Notes under the pieces: generated by a model
Told to the model about the DNA's origin: nothing
The model's database searches: none
Seen by the model: only the letters and a program-made list of their open reading frames with translations
Translations under genes and position numbers: made by a program
Origin: the human T2T-CHM13v2.0 reference genome, Homo sapiens
DNA: 64,000 bases
Assembly: GCF_009914755.1 (NCBI RefSeq)
Contig: NC_060931.1
Strand: one strand, 5' to 3'
Part shown: positions 1 to 13,522 of the stretch, piece after piece
How positions within the stretch are numbered: the first letter of the stretch is position 1
How the letters are laid out: each line of letters opens with the position of its first letter

Positions 1-125
1 AACACACATGAATCAAGGGGGAAAAAGACATTAAAAAAAGTTAATTTTAGAACTGAATTAATAAACTGCAGCTGAGAATGTTTTTGTATGTTTCAAAGAT
101 TCTTTATATATGGTACTGTATATAA

Positions 126-512
<387 letters not shown>

Positions 513-1340
513 TAGTTCAGTAAAAAGATCATTGATTAGAGTTAAGCTAATTGGCACACAATGTTTTCTGGAAAAAAATGAGCTATTCTTGAATAGCTCT
601 GCTTAGAAAGTCCGTGTTTAGTTATTAATTCTCAGCCCAAAGCTCAACTCTAATCTTCTATATGAAGTCTTTGCTAATACCCACTTACCCGGTCCTCTGT
701 GGTGTTTTAGTCACTCCGTATATAAAGCCTATAAAGTTGTAATTTTTTCCTCCCCTACAAGCTTAGTGAGTTTGGTAGAGATAAGTATTCACTTTTCTGT
801 GCCTAATTTCCCTGCCAGGTAGGTGTTAGATGAGCATTAGTTTATCTAACATTTGAATAAATAGATGAACAGCAGGGATTCAGTAACAACACAAATACCT
901 CCTTCCTTCCCCTTTTCCAGAAGGTGTCCTGGGCACTGAAATTCCTTCACATTTTTTTAACTAACACTTTCACGCTATGCTGCAGCACAGTCAGAATTGA
1001 TGCTCAGAATGGTAGTTTGCTGAAGATCGAGAGAATATTACATTACTAGTCCTACATGCCTGACTTTAAAAATTATATGTAGGGTAAGGGAATGAGAGCT
1101 AGAGCTTGGAATTTGTGTTTAACAATTTAAAGGCCTTTTAGCTTGTTTTCTAATATATACAGGCAGAATTCAGAGGAATAAAGTAGAAAGCAAGTGATCC
1201 TTTCTTGTTTCTGAATGAAGCTTACCAGTTTGGAAAACAGAATGAAATATATTTCTAAAAAGTGACATTCATCTTTTTTAATGATTGAAAGCCTTATGTT
1301 CTAAACCAGTGACCAGATTTATTTTAAAAAGTTAAGTTTT

Positions 1341-1590
1341 GTCCAGTGCGGTGGCTCATGCCTGTAAGCCCAGCACTTTCGGAGGCTGAAGTGGGTGGAT
1401 GGCTTGAGTCCAGGAGTTTGAGACCAGCTTGGGCAACATGGGAAAACCCTGTCTGTATAAAAAATACAAAAAAATTAGCTGGGCATGGTGGCGCATGCCT
1501 GTAGTCCCCGCTACTCAGGAGGCTGAGGTGGGAGGATTGCTTGAGCTTGAGGGGTCAAGGCTGTGAGACCCTGTCTGAAAAAAAAAAGAT
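1341..1590 (+). mobile_element. AluJ with an internal right-arm deletion
   Basis: J-type GGAGGATTGCTTGAG; 14-bp TSD AAAAGTTAAGTTTT at 1327-1340 and 1591-1604. Confidence 0.92.
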
Positions 1591-2432
1591 AAAAGTTAAG
1601 TTTTATACCTTTTAAATGCCTAAATATATTTTTTAAGTGCAGGTATATATCTCCAGCTCATAAGGGTTAGTGGAAAATATATTTCTTATGATAAAAATTA
1701 AATGTTTATATGTATTATATATAAAGAGAAAACATACATATTTTTGGTATAGTATTAAAACACCCATGTATCATATACTCTGTCATTCTTTTTGTTAGTT
1801 GGAACTGAGGAAGACTCAGATTTTATTTCAAGTTCAGGGTTCTGTGTTTATGATTATATATGATTCAGGGAGAATCTGTTTGAACCACTTCATACTAATT
1901 GTGATTGGTGACTGTAACTAAAATGAATTTGAATTCAGAGAGAAATCTAAAATTAGATTTCTGCATAAAAATTCTATGCAAGGAGTAATGGACCTTTAGA
2001 ACATTCAGCTTTAGGTAATTGAAACTTTTGTAGACAATAGGTTATTTCCATTTGAATTCACGTATTGCCCAAAGACAGGGTTTCTTGAAATATTAATAAT
2101 TCCACATATACCAGCAATAATTTTCAAAGACTTCCTAGGGGCAGAAGTTGTTCTTGAATTTTAGATAGACTTTTGATAATAAGAGTTGAAACCAAGGGTT
2201 TTTATGTGAAAGAGGTTAACTGGAAAACTACATCTAATTGATTAAAATCCTAACATATATTTCAGTTAGTTATATTTTGAGGTTGTTAGCTTTGCCTGCT
2301 TGATCCCATTTGATTGGTGATAACTTCTGGACTGTATTTGTTATTTATACTGATATAATTGATATAATATATTGATATAATATATTGAATTCTTGGTGAA
2401 TTCAAACCTCTTGATATAATGTGTGTATTTCT

Positions 2433-2548
2433 GAATTTTATGCCTTGGAAAATTTATAAAACCTGTGTTTTTGTTAACCTAAAGTATTATAGGAATTTTA
2501 TGCCTTGAAAAATTTATAAAACCTGTGTGTTTGTTAACCTAAAGTATT
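2433..2548. repeat. 60-bp tandem duplication (about 2 copies)
   Basis: GAATTTTATGCCTTG...CCTAAAGTATT recurs at period 60 with 2 mismatches. Confidence 0.95.
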
Positions 2549-2582
2549 TTCGTGTTTTGTGGATTTAAAAAATTATTTTTTC

Positions 2583-2704
2583 AGCTAGGCACAGGGTGTG
2601 TGCCTGTAATCACAGCTACTTAGGAGGCTGAAGTGGGAGGATTGCTTGGGCCCAGGAGTTCAAGACCAGCTTGAGCAAACATAGCAAGACCCCATCTAAA
2701 AAAT
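2583..2704 (+). mobile_element. Alu monomer (FLAM-like)
   Basis: single-arm Alu ending GACCCCATCTAAAAAAA. Confidence 0.85.
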
Positions 2705-2839
2705 TCTTTTTTTTTTTTTTTTTGGGTAGTGATAGTTGGTGATTCTTGAGCATATGTAGTTTGAGTCTCCTTCTCTGCCCCTTCAGATGCATCCTTGTAG
2801 GCCCAGGTATCCTCAACCTGTTGTTAAAATAAATGTGTC

Positions 2840-3177
<338 letters not shown>

Positions 3178-3995
3178 CTATGTATTTCATACATTTAAAA
3201 ACATTCTGAGAAAAAGTCCAAAGATTTCACCTGACTGATAAAGGAGCCCCATGGCCACAAAAAGGTTAAGAATTCCTACATCGGTCTCAATTTTACCCTC
3301 TATACTACTGTGTAGTTGAAGAGAAAATAGTTCTTAAAAATGTTATTTAGTTTCTTGGACCTTGACTTCCCCACACCCCCTATTTCTTTTAAAAATGTGA
3401 CCGGTTTGTATTTTGTGGTTTTTAGTGTGTTTTTACACTCTTGTTTGTCTGATTATTACGGGTATGATGTCCTGTTTGGTTTGCTTTGTTTGCATAAACT
3501 ATATTGTTTTTCGTATTTATAGAGTGGGAATGTAGCTAAAAATACAGCTCCACCTTCTAAGAGAGATACGTTTCATCAGATGATGTCCCTATTTCAAGGA
3601 AGTTGTGAACCAGTAAATTTGAGCTGTACCTACCCATTTTGTGTTTTAAGTTTATGCTTTATATATTCCGAAAAAGAATACTTACTTTTAATTTCCTTTA
3701 TAGTACGCACAGGGTGAAATTCAGGAAAATAACCTAGAGAAATTTGGGAAGAGCAGTTAGATTGTGTCAAAGTAATTTTAGTAATTACAGTTTTATGGAG
3801 GAGTAGATAAGTTCTTATTAAAATTAAGTCTCAATATGTTCCAATCCCAAATATGTTTTAGGTGTATCTTTGCTTAGTTCTATTGATAGATATTCAGTAG
3901 CTCAAAGTTAGCAAGCACCTAATTTCTCATATGCCAGTTGTACAGTTGTAGCCCTCTTAAGCAAAAGTCTATTTAAGAGAGTTTTGAATGTAGAA

Positions 3996-4328
<333 letters not shown>

Positions 4329-4850
4329 TTATAATTTCAGTTTGTTGATTTTTAAAGAATTTGTTCGTATTTTGTGCTTTCGGTTTGTGGCTTTTTTTGC
4401 TTCTGCTCGTCTTACTTTAAAACCAGAGTTCCTGACTCTGCCTCTAAAACTTTCAAAGTTTTGTAAAATCGAGTACCTTTTCTAGATATCAGAGATTCAT
4501 TTTTATGCGCTATTGCTTTTCAGGAGACCATTATATTTAGTTGGGGCCAAAGTAATCAATGTAATCTGCTGGGTTAAAAAAAACTATTCTAGGATATTTA
4601 CTTAGTATACATTTTTAGATTTATAAAGGTGGCTGCCTGTACAAGTATTTAGCTCTACTTGATTTTAGCAAGTGTGTAATTGGAATACATTCATATACGT
4701 GGAGATGCATATTTGCATATTATAGCCAACAGCAAAGTAATATAGAGATTTTAGAATGAAGAAATATGATGCTTGGAAAAAATGGGTAGGAACAAAATAA
4801 GGGAAGAGAAACATGTTGGTGTAGCTGGTTTATGTTTTCTTCTTTCTTAG

Positions 4851-5209
4851 GGCACAACCTTTTTGGGGAGCTTGATTTTTGAAAAGGAAATAAAAATGAG
4901 AATTAAAGCAACCTCTGAAGATGGAACAGTTATTGCTCAGGCTGAGTATGGCAGTGTGGATATAGGGGAAGAGGTGCTTAAGAAAGGATTTGCAGAGAAA
5001 TGCAGACTTGCTTCCAGAACTGACATCTGTGAGGAAAAAAAATTGGATCCTGGTCAACTTGTTCTCAGGAACCTCAAAAGCCCCATTCCTTTGTGGGGGC
5101 ATAGATCAAACCAGTCAACCTTCAGCAGGCCCAAGGGGCACTTAAGTGAGAAAATGACTCTTGACTTGAAGGATGAAAATGATGCAGGCAATCTTATAAC
5201 ATTTCCAAA
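4851..5209 (+). CDS. STK31: STK31 coding exon (~exon 7, 359 nt): GTTFLGSLIFEKEIKMRIK...NLITFPK; C-terminal SN-like half of the extended Tudor domain plus linker
   Basis: ttctttcttag acceptor and AA|gtaaga donor; translation matches human STK31 as I recall it; phase 0 in, phase 2 out. Confidence 0.96.
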
Positions 5210-5840
5210 GTAAGAATTTAGTCTTCACTAATTTCTAATTGATGGTAGAGGTCCCTGTCATAGTAGAATAGAAGTTAAGGCTTATGCTTTTGGAATCCTT
5301 TACTGTGTCAGTGATTTTAAGGGCTGATGCTGATATTTCTGTTTTTCTCAAATGTATTCCTCTCTGCTTTAGCAGGGATATTTTCATTAAAAGCTATTTT
5401 GAAAGAAAAATAACTCCTGAATTATTTTAAAGTTTACATACCAACTTTTCATGCCAACTATTTGGAATACACTTATCAAAAATAAAAATCTGCTCCTAAA
5501 TCTGAATTATTCAGGCAAAGTCAGAATTTCAGATAAGATTTGAAGTTCTTCCTATGGCTTTAGGAATATTTTAAAGAGTTTCAGGAAATTGCCTTTACTT
5601 TTTTAATAAAAGTGAGGCTCTTTCTTCTTCTTGTGAAAACTTGTGATGGAGTTTGATTATTCCGAATACTTTACTTTTTAGATAATTTTAAATTATCAAC
5701 TTGAAGCAGAAATCCAGATTTGATATTTATATGTATCAAAACAGTCTTCTATATCATGGTCCAAGCCATGATGCTGTATCTTGGATGACATAGCTGTTTG
5801 ATGGGATCTCATCAGTGCTTTAGGAGCTAAACTGTCAAAT

Positions 5841-5923
5841 GGGGGTGGGAGGCGGTGGACGGGGGGATCACAGGGGATCACAGGACGGGGGGATCATGGG
5901 GGGGGGATCACAGGAGGGATTGG
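5841..5923 (+). repeat. G-rich degenerate minisatellite (Gn-GATCA-CA, four GGATCA cores)
   Basis: several G4-G9 runs separated by ATCA(CA). Confidence 0.8.
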
Positions 5924-6216
5924 AAAAAAACTAATACAGAAATGCTTTTTACTTTGTTCTCTGTAGTTGATAGTGCTATGAAGAAGTTGGAATATTTTTT
6001 TTTGAGAATTAGAGGCATTATTGAATTACGACTTCAGTTATAAAATCTTGTTTGCATTAAATTATTTTTTAATATTATGAACTAGGTAAATATTTTAGTT
6101 TTCAAAATTAACTTTCAGATATATTGTGGCATAAAAGGACCAAGATAACTTAGATTTGTTTTCTGTGTCAGCCTTATACAGTTTGTTTGTCAAAATAAAT
6201 GAATTTGTTTTTATAG

Positions 6217-6391
6217 GGAAAGTTTGGCTGTTGGTGACTTTAATTTAGGGTCTAACGTCAGCCTGGAAAAAATTAAGCAGGACCAGAAACTGATTGAAGA
6301 AAATGAAAAACTTAAAACAGAGAAGGACGCTCTTCTTGAAAGTTATAAGGCGTTAGAATTGAAAGTAGAGCAGATTGCCCAGGAGCTGCAG
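6217..6391 (+). CDS. STK31: STK31 exon (~8, 175 nt): ESLAVGDFNLG...IAQELQ; leucine-zipper coiled coil
   Basis: tttttatag acceptor, CAG|gtatgt donor; frame continues from previous exon (AA+G=Lys). Confidence 0.96.
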
Positions 6392-6629
6392 GTATGTTCA
6401 GTGGCTTAAGGTGAAGAGTGTCCAACTGGGAAATCTGTGTACTCATCTGCTGCTATTTATTTTTCTGTCACTTTCCTTTCCTTCCCCACCTCATTCTCTC
6501 CTTTGCTAATCCCTGTATTTGTTTATAGGTGAATTTTTTTTCATATACTCCAGACTAATCATCTTTGGATTTCATTGGATGTTTGCAAATTTAATAATTT
6601 CTCATTTACATTTCCCTTTATGTTCTAAA

Positions 6630-7040
6630 AACTTTTCAACTAAGGCAATTTTCAAACATTCTAAAAGGAGAGAGACTTGAATAATTAATTCTCATGTGCC
6701 CATCACCCAGTTTATACAATTATAACACATGGCCAATCTTTTTAAAAATTTACACTTCCTGGATTATTTTAGAAGAAGTCCCATTCATATTATTTCATAG
6801 TCTTCAGTATGTATGACTAATAGAAAAGGACTTTAAAAAACCGTAATAATAATACTATTCATACTTAAAAGTAAACAATAATTCCTTAATATTATTTATA
6901 TCCAGGCAGTATTCAAATTTGCCATATTGTGTCATGAATGCCACATGATTGTAGGCATGTTGATTGTAGTTTTCTCCAATCAGGATCCCAGTTAGGCACA
7001 TACATTGCATTTTGGTTGATATTTCTCTTAAATTGCTTTA
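6630..7040 (-). mobile_element. ancient L1M 3' region fragment
   Basis: CATGTGCCCATCACCCAG...ACATTGCATTTTGGTTGATATTTCTCTTAA resembles old L1M 3' ends. Confidence 0.5.
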
Positions 7041-7171
7041 ATGTGTTTCCTTGTGTTGCTTAACTGGATTCTTGATCTCCACGTGTGTCTTCTTTTATGG
7101 TAATCACGTCTCCAGATTTGCTCAGATTTTAGTTCAGAAATTTTCCCCCCCAGGGATACAGTGTGGTTGAT

Positions 7172-7173
<2 letters not shown>

Positions 7174-7214
<41 letters not shown>
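7174..7214. repeat. (GT)n microsatellite
   Basis: read directly from the sequence. Confidence 0.95.
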
Positions 7215-7228
7215 TTTAACACCAAATC

Positions 7229-7685
7229 TGTTGTTCCTGCACTAGTTCCTCCAATTCTCTGACACCAACTGGGTGTCTAATAATTCAGCTCCATTCTGAC
7301 ACTACATTACCTGTACTTAGCATATACCCTACAAGTTAAGGACTCAGTTCCATAAAGCTGCCTCTACTTTAGATGCCAGCCACAAATGGGGTCCCCAGGC
7401 TACTTGCATATCTACCCCCCCACTATAAATTCGGGGTTTCCCATGACCCTCCCTCAGGTTAGATAATTCACTAGAACTACTCACAGAACTCACGGAAGTG
7501 CTATACTTACAGTTTTATTATTAAGGATATAACTCAGAAACAGCCAAATAAATGGAAGATATATATAAGGCAAGGTACTGGGGCAGGAGGTACAGAGCTT
7601 CCATGCCCTTTCTGAGTGTGCCACCCTCCCAGGTCATGGATGTGTTTATCAACCCAGAAGCTCCCCAAATCTCATTCAGAGTATT
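7229..7685 (-). mobile_element. MER21-family LTR fragment
   Basis: CAATTCTCTGACACCAACTGGGTGTC...AAGTTAAGGACTCAGTTCC match MER21 motifs. Confidence 0.75.
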
Positions 7686-7913
7686 TTGGTTTTGTTTGTT
7701 TGTTTGTTTTGAGACAGTCTTGCTCTGTTGCTTAGGCTGGAGTGCAGTGGTGTAATTTCTGCTCACTGCAACTTCTGCCTCCCGGACTCAAGCAATCCAC
7801 TCACTTCAGTCTCCTGCCTAGCTCGGACTATAGGTATGTGCCCCATTCCTGGCTAATTTTTGTGTTTTCTTTTCTTTTTTTTTTTAAACTCAAACTTGCC
7901 TTATTTATATCCC

Positions 7914-8153
7914 CAATGGCATGATCTCGGCTCACTGCAACCTCTGCTTCCCAGGTTCAAGCGATTCTCCTGCCTCAGCCTCCTGATAGCTGGCATTACA
8001 GGCACCCGCCGCCATGTCTGGCTAATTTTTGTATTTTTAGTAGAGACGCGGTTTCACCATGTTGGCCAGGCTGGTTTCGAACTCCTCAGGTGATCCACCC
8101 ACCTCTGCCTCCCAAAGTGCTGGGATTACAGGCATGAGCCACTGTGCCCAGCC
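7914..8153 (-). mobile_element. AluS (Sq-like) lacking its 3' end and tail
   Basis: Alu body joined directly to L1 ORF2 at 8154. Confidence 0.9.
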
Positions 8154-9416
8154 CACATTTTCTTTATCCAGTCTATCATTGATGGGCATTTGGGTTGGTT
8201 CCAAGTCTTTGCCATTGTAAATAGTGCTGCAATAAACATATGTGTGCATATGTCTTTATAGTAGAATGATTTATAATCCTTTGGGTATATACCCAGTAAT
8301 GGTATTGCTGGGTCAAATGGTATTTCTTGTTCTAGATCCTTGAGGAATTGCCACACTGTCTTCCGCAATGGTTGAACTAATTCATACTCCCACCAACAGT
8401 GTAGAAGTGTTCCTATTTCTCCACATCGTCTCCAGCATCTGTTGTTTCCTGACTTTTTAATGATCGCCATTATAACTGGAGTGAGATGGTATCTCATTGT
8501 GGTTTTGATTTGCATTTCTCTAATGACCAGTGATGATGGGCTTTTTGTCATAGTTTTTTGGCCGCATAAATGTCTTCTTTTGAGAAGTGCCTGTTCATAT
8601 TCTTTGCCCACTTTTTGATGGTGTTGTTTTTTTCTTATAAATTTATTTTAAGTTCCTTGTAGATTCTGGATATTAGCCCTTTGTCAGATGGACAGATTGC
8701 AAAAATTTTCTCCCATTCTGTAGGTTGCCTGTACACTCTGATGGTAGTTTCTTTTGCTGTGCAGAGGCTCTTTAGTTTAATTAGATCCCATTTGTCTATT
8801 TTGGCTCTTGTTCCCATTGCTTTTGGTGTTTTAGTTATGAAGTCCTTGCCCATGCCTATGTCCTGAATGGTATTGCCTAGGTGTTCTTCTAGGGTTTTTA
8901 CTGTTTGGGGTTTTACATTTAAGTCTTTAATCCATCTTGAGTTAATTTTTGTATAAGGTGTAAGGAAGGGGTCCAGTTTCAGTTTTCTTCATATGGCTAG
9001 CCAGTTTTCCCAACACCGTTTATAAAATAGGGAATCCTTTCCCCATTGCTTGTTTTTGTCAGGTTTGTCGAAGATCAGATGGTTGTAGATGTGTGGTGTT
9101 ATTTCTGAGGCCTTTGTTCTGTTCCATTGATCTTTATATCTGTTTTGGTACCAGTAGCATGCTGTTTTGGTTACTGTAGCCTTGTAGTATAGTTTGAAGT
9201 CAGATAGCGTGATGTCTCCAGGTTTGTTCATTTTGCTTAGGTTTGTCTTGGCTATACGGGCTCTTTTTGGTTCCATATGAAATTTAAAGTAGTTTTTTCT
9301 AGTTCTGTGAAGAAAGTCAGTGGTAGTTTGATGGGAATAGAATTGAATCTATCAATTACTTTGGGCAGTGTGGCCATTTTCATGGTATTGATTCTTCCTG
9401 TCCACGAGCATGGAAT
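8154..9416 (-). mobile_element. L1PA ORF2 C-terminal fragment, 5'-truncated
   Basis: ORF2 peptides [42 protein letters not shown]. Confidence 0.95.
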
Positions 9417-9795
9417 TGTATTTTCTGTACAGTCAGGGTTTGCTGTGTTGCTTAGGCTGGTCTCAAACTTCTGGGCTCAAGCAATCCTTCCTCTTTTGGC
9501 TCCAGAGTTGCTGGGACTACAGGCGAGCCACCATGCCTTGCTAAATTAATGAACTTTAAACACATTTGACATGTTTTAATCCACTGAAGCCATTTTTTTT
9601 CTTTTTGATGCACACATTATCCCCTTTGAAGTCTTTTTAAATTAGCTTCTGTGTCCTTTTGACATCATAACAGCTGATATTCATAATGGATAAATCACCA
9701 TTATTAAGTTTTTCATTAATCTGTGACCTAATGATTTTTGCAGCCATCGATGGTTGTTGTCTGCAAGCATGTTTTCATCAGGTGCTGTATTTCTT

Positions 9796-10144
9796 TTTTT
9801 TGTTTTTATTATTATACTTTAAGTTTTAGGGTACATGTGCACAACGTGCAGGTTTGTTACATACGTATACATGTGCCATGTTGGTGTGCTGCACCCATTA
9901 ACTCGTCATTTAGCATTAGGTATATCTCCTAATGCTATCCTTCACCACTCCCCCCACCCCACAACAGTCCCTGATGTGTGATGTTCCCCTTCCTGTGTCC
10001 ATGTGTTCTCATTGTTCAATTCCCACCTATGAGTGAGAACATGCGGTGTTTGGTTTTTTGTCCTTGCGATAGTTTGCTGAGAATGATGGTTTCCAGCTTC
10101 ATCCATGTCCCTACAAAGGACATTAACTCATCATTTTTTTTGGC
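9796..10144 (-). mobile_element. L1PA4/5-like 3' end, 5'-truncated
   Basis: L1PA 3' UTR; perfect 17-bp TSD CAGGTGCTGTATTTCTT at 9779-9795 and 10145-10161. Confidence 0.93.
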
Positions 10145-10849
10145 CAGGTGCTGTATTTCTTAGCTGGAAAATTTCAACTATTTAGTCATGCTGAAGCCTA
10201 GTTTGTTCAGTAAAGGCAAGATAAATACTTTATTCATTCCCTTTATATGTACATGTTTTCAGAAAAATAAGTTTATTCCCTAGGATTGTCCAGTGTTGAC
10301 CAGCAAGGGTTATTTGTTCTCCTTAAGTATTATTATGAACTAATGAATTTTAAACATATTTGAGTGTTTTAATTCACTGCAGCCATTATTCTTTTTGATG
10401 CCCATCTTATACTCTTTGGAAGTCTCTTTAAGTTGTTGCTCTGTCCTTTTGATGTGATTCCAGTAGTCTGATAGCTTCCTTGTTTTCTGGTGTCACAAGA
10501 TGTTCCATACTCATCTGCATTTCCTACCCTAATCCTGGAAAAGTTATTTCTCCAAGCTATAGTTCTTTTTAGTGGCAAGAGGTATTTAGATACCAGACTT
10601 TGGGTGCTAGGGATATATATAGCTATTGCTTTAGTCTTTGCTTCTAGGTTATAGAATGTCTAATTGATAGGGTTAGGAAATATTATTTTCTAATGCTATA
10701 TTGAGATATCATTTACATATAGTAAAAATGCACAAATACTGTGTAGAACTTGATAAATTTTGACGTATGTATACTCTCATGTAACCTGAATCACCCTCAT
10801 CAAGATTGGCTGATGAAACTATCATTAATCAGATATTTCACCTAGTATC

Positions 10850-12138
10850 AAGCTCTACCAATAATTTCAGGGACACAGGTAACAAAGAGACTCCTTTGTT
10901 CCAGAGCAGGTGCCCCAGTCTCTGACCAGAGACTAGAATGTCTGCTGTGGCTACTGCTGCCAGGCATCAAACAATGTCTCTAAACTCTCATAAGGGTGCC
11001 ATCTGTAGTATTGTAACTAGAGAGGGTGGGGCCCCTCTCAGGTGAGCAGTGTGGATATGAAGCAGTGGGGAGTGTGTTCTACTCAAGTGTAAGTCTCACA
11101 GCAGCCTATAGCAGAGCTTTGGGTGTTGTCCCAGGTGTGCATAGGAGAGCCTGGCTTTTCTGCCCCTTCTTGGCTGGGCAGCAGCTGCAGTCATGTCAGC
11201 CTAAAGTCAGGCCAAAGTTGGGCCACAGCTCAGAATTAAACTCTCCAAGTGACACTTTTGGCCTGTGCCCTGGGATACTGGGGCACCACCCTGGTGAACA
11301 GCATGGGCAAAAAGCTGTGGGAAGTGTAGTCTGATTGTGTCTCAGTTTCACAGCAGCCCATTGCAGGGCTGTGGGTATTCTATAGATATGTGTGGGGTAG
11401 CCTGGTTTCCCTGTTGGTCCTTTGCTGGGCAGTGACTGGGGCTGTGTCAGCCCAAACTCAGGCCAAGGGCAGGACTCAGCCCAGCATTGAACTCAGAAAA
11501 TGGTGCCTTGGGCATGGGGCTAGAGAGAATGAGTCACCACCCAGCCAAGCAGCATGAGCAAGAAGGTGTATGGAGTATGATCTACTTATGTCTCAGTCTC
11601 AACAGCAGCTTGTAGCAGGGTGACAAGTATCCTCCTGGGGGTGCATGGGCATGCTTGTTCTCCCTCTCCTTTTTTGGAGCAGTACAGTGGCTGCAGCCAT
11701 GTCTATAGGTCCCTGGTATCTAAACTCTTAAAGTGGCTCCCTGCTGAGGCTGCTCCAGACTTGGGTGCCTGTGGGATTCTGTGTGGATTCCTTTTCTGGA
11801 ACAATGTCTTTGTGTGATCTTTAGGCAGCTCCATATGTGAGGTGTGAGGCCCTAGTGGATCGAGGGTTTCTCCTATAGCCAATGTTGTAAATGCTTGTTT
11901 CAGAGCTCTGGGGATTTTTCTCTTACTGTTTCCCTGCGTACAGTAGCCTTTCCCAGCTCTCAGCTGGTTTCTGGCTAGGCATGCTTCCTCAAACCCTCTC
12001 CTTTCTTACTTCTGGGGCTTTCTCTCTCTTCTCTGGTGAATCCAAATATTCATTCTTAGTCTGTTCAAAATGTGTCTACTTAACTATTTCTGATTCTTCC
12101 CTGTGGAAAAGGCACACACTATCTAGTTGGCCATCTTG
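10850..12138 (-). mobile_element. old L1 5' UTR fragment
   Basis: GC-richer block ending in CTAGTTGGCCATCTTG, the reverse complement of the L1 5' start CAAGATGGCC. Confidence 0.65.
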
Positions 12139-12192
12139 ATTATTTTCTCTCTCACTCATTGTTTATCATTGTGGTTTGGTGTGTTTCTGTAG

Positions 12193-12556
<364 letters not shown>

Positions 12557-13216
12557 GGGTTTTTAACTTTCATGTGTTTTTATGATCACAGATTGTGTAT
12601 TGCCCTCCCTTAAGCATCTCTTGTAGGGATGGTCTAGTGCTGATGAATTCCCTCAGCTTTTGCTTGCCTGGGAAAGACTACTACTTCTTCATTCATGAAA
12701 GACAACTTTGCTGGATATAGTATTCTTGACTAGCAGTTTCCTTTCAGCGCTTTGAATATATTGTTTCATTCTCTCCTGTAAGGATTTTACTGAGAAATTT
12801 ACAGTTAATCTGATGGGGGTTTCCTTATAATTGATGACACGCCTTTTTCCTTCTGTTTTTAGAAATATCTTTGTCTTTGACTTTTGACAGGTTGACTGTA
12901 ATATGCTGTGGAGAAGACCTTTATGAATTTTATCTGTTTAGGCATCTCTGAACTTCTTTTATTTGAATGTCTAAATCTCTTGCTAGACTTGGGAAGTTTT
13001 CAGCTATTTTATTAAATATAAGAAGTTTTTGATCCCTTTTTTTCTCTTTTTCTGTGACATTGAAAATTCAAATACTTGTTTGCAGTGTGGTGTCTCATAT
13101 GTCTTGTAGGCTTTTTTCATTCTTTTTTGTTCTTTTTTTAAATTTTTGATTGACTGGGTTAGTTCAAAAGTCTTGTCTTAAGTTCTGAAATTCTTTCTTC
13201 TGTTTGATCTAGTATT

Positions 13217-13522
13217 TTTTGTTGTTGTTTGTTTTGTTTTGAGGCAGGGTTTTGTTTTGTTGCCCAGGATAGAGTGCAGTGGCACAATCACAGCTCACTG
13301 CAGCCTCCAACTTCTGTGCTCAATCAGTGCTCCTGCCTCAGCTTCCTGAGTAGCTGGGACTACAGGTGCATGCCACCATGCTGAGCTAATATTTTAAATT
13401 TTTATTAGAGATGAGGTCTTGTTATGTTGACCAGGCTCTTCTCAACCCCTGAGCTCAAGTGATCCTCCTGCCTCAGCCTCCCAAAGTGCTGGGATTATAG
13501 GCGTGAGCCATCATGCCAGGCC
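13217..13522 (-). mobile_element. AluJ
   Basis: J diagnostics; flanking repeat GATCTAGTAT. Confidence 0.9.

Larger units (their letters stand above)
7688..9543 (-). mobile_element. AluJ split at its A-rich linker (right arm 7688-7865, left arm 9421-9543) by a composite L1 insertion
   Basis: the two arms are complementary; TSD TTGT(G/A)TTTTCT at 7860-7870 and 9416-9426. Confidence 0.85.
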
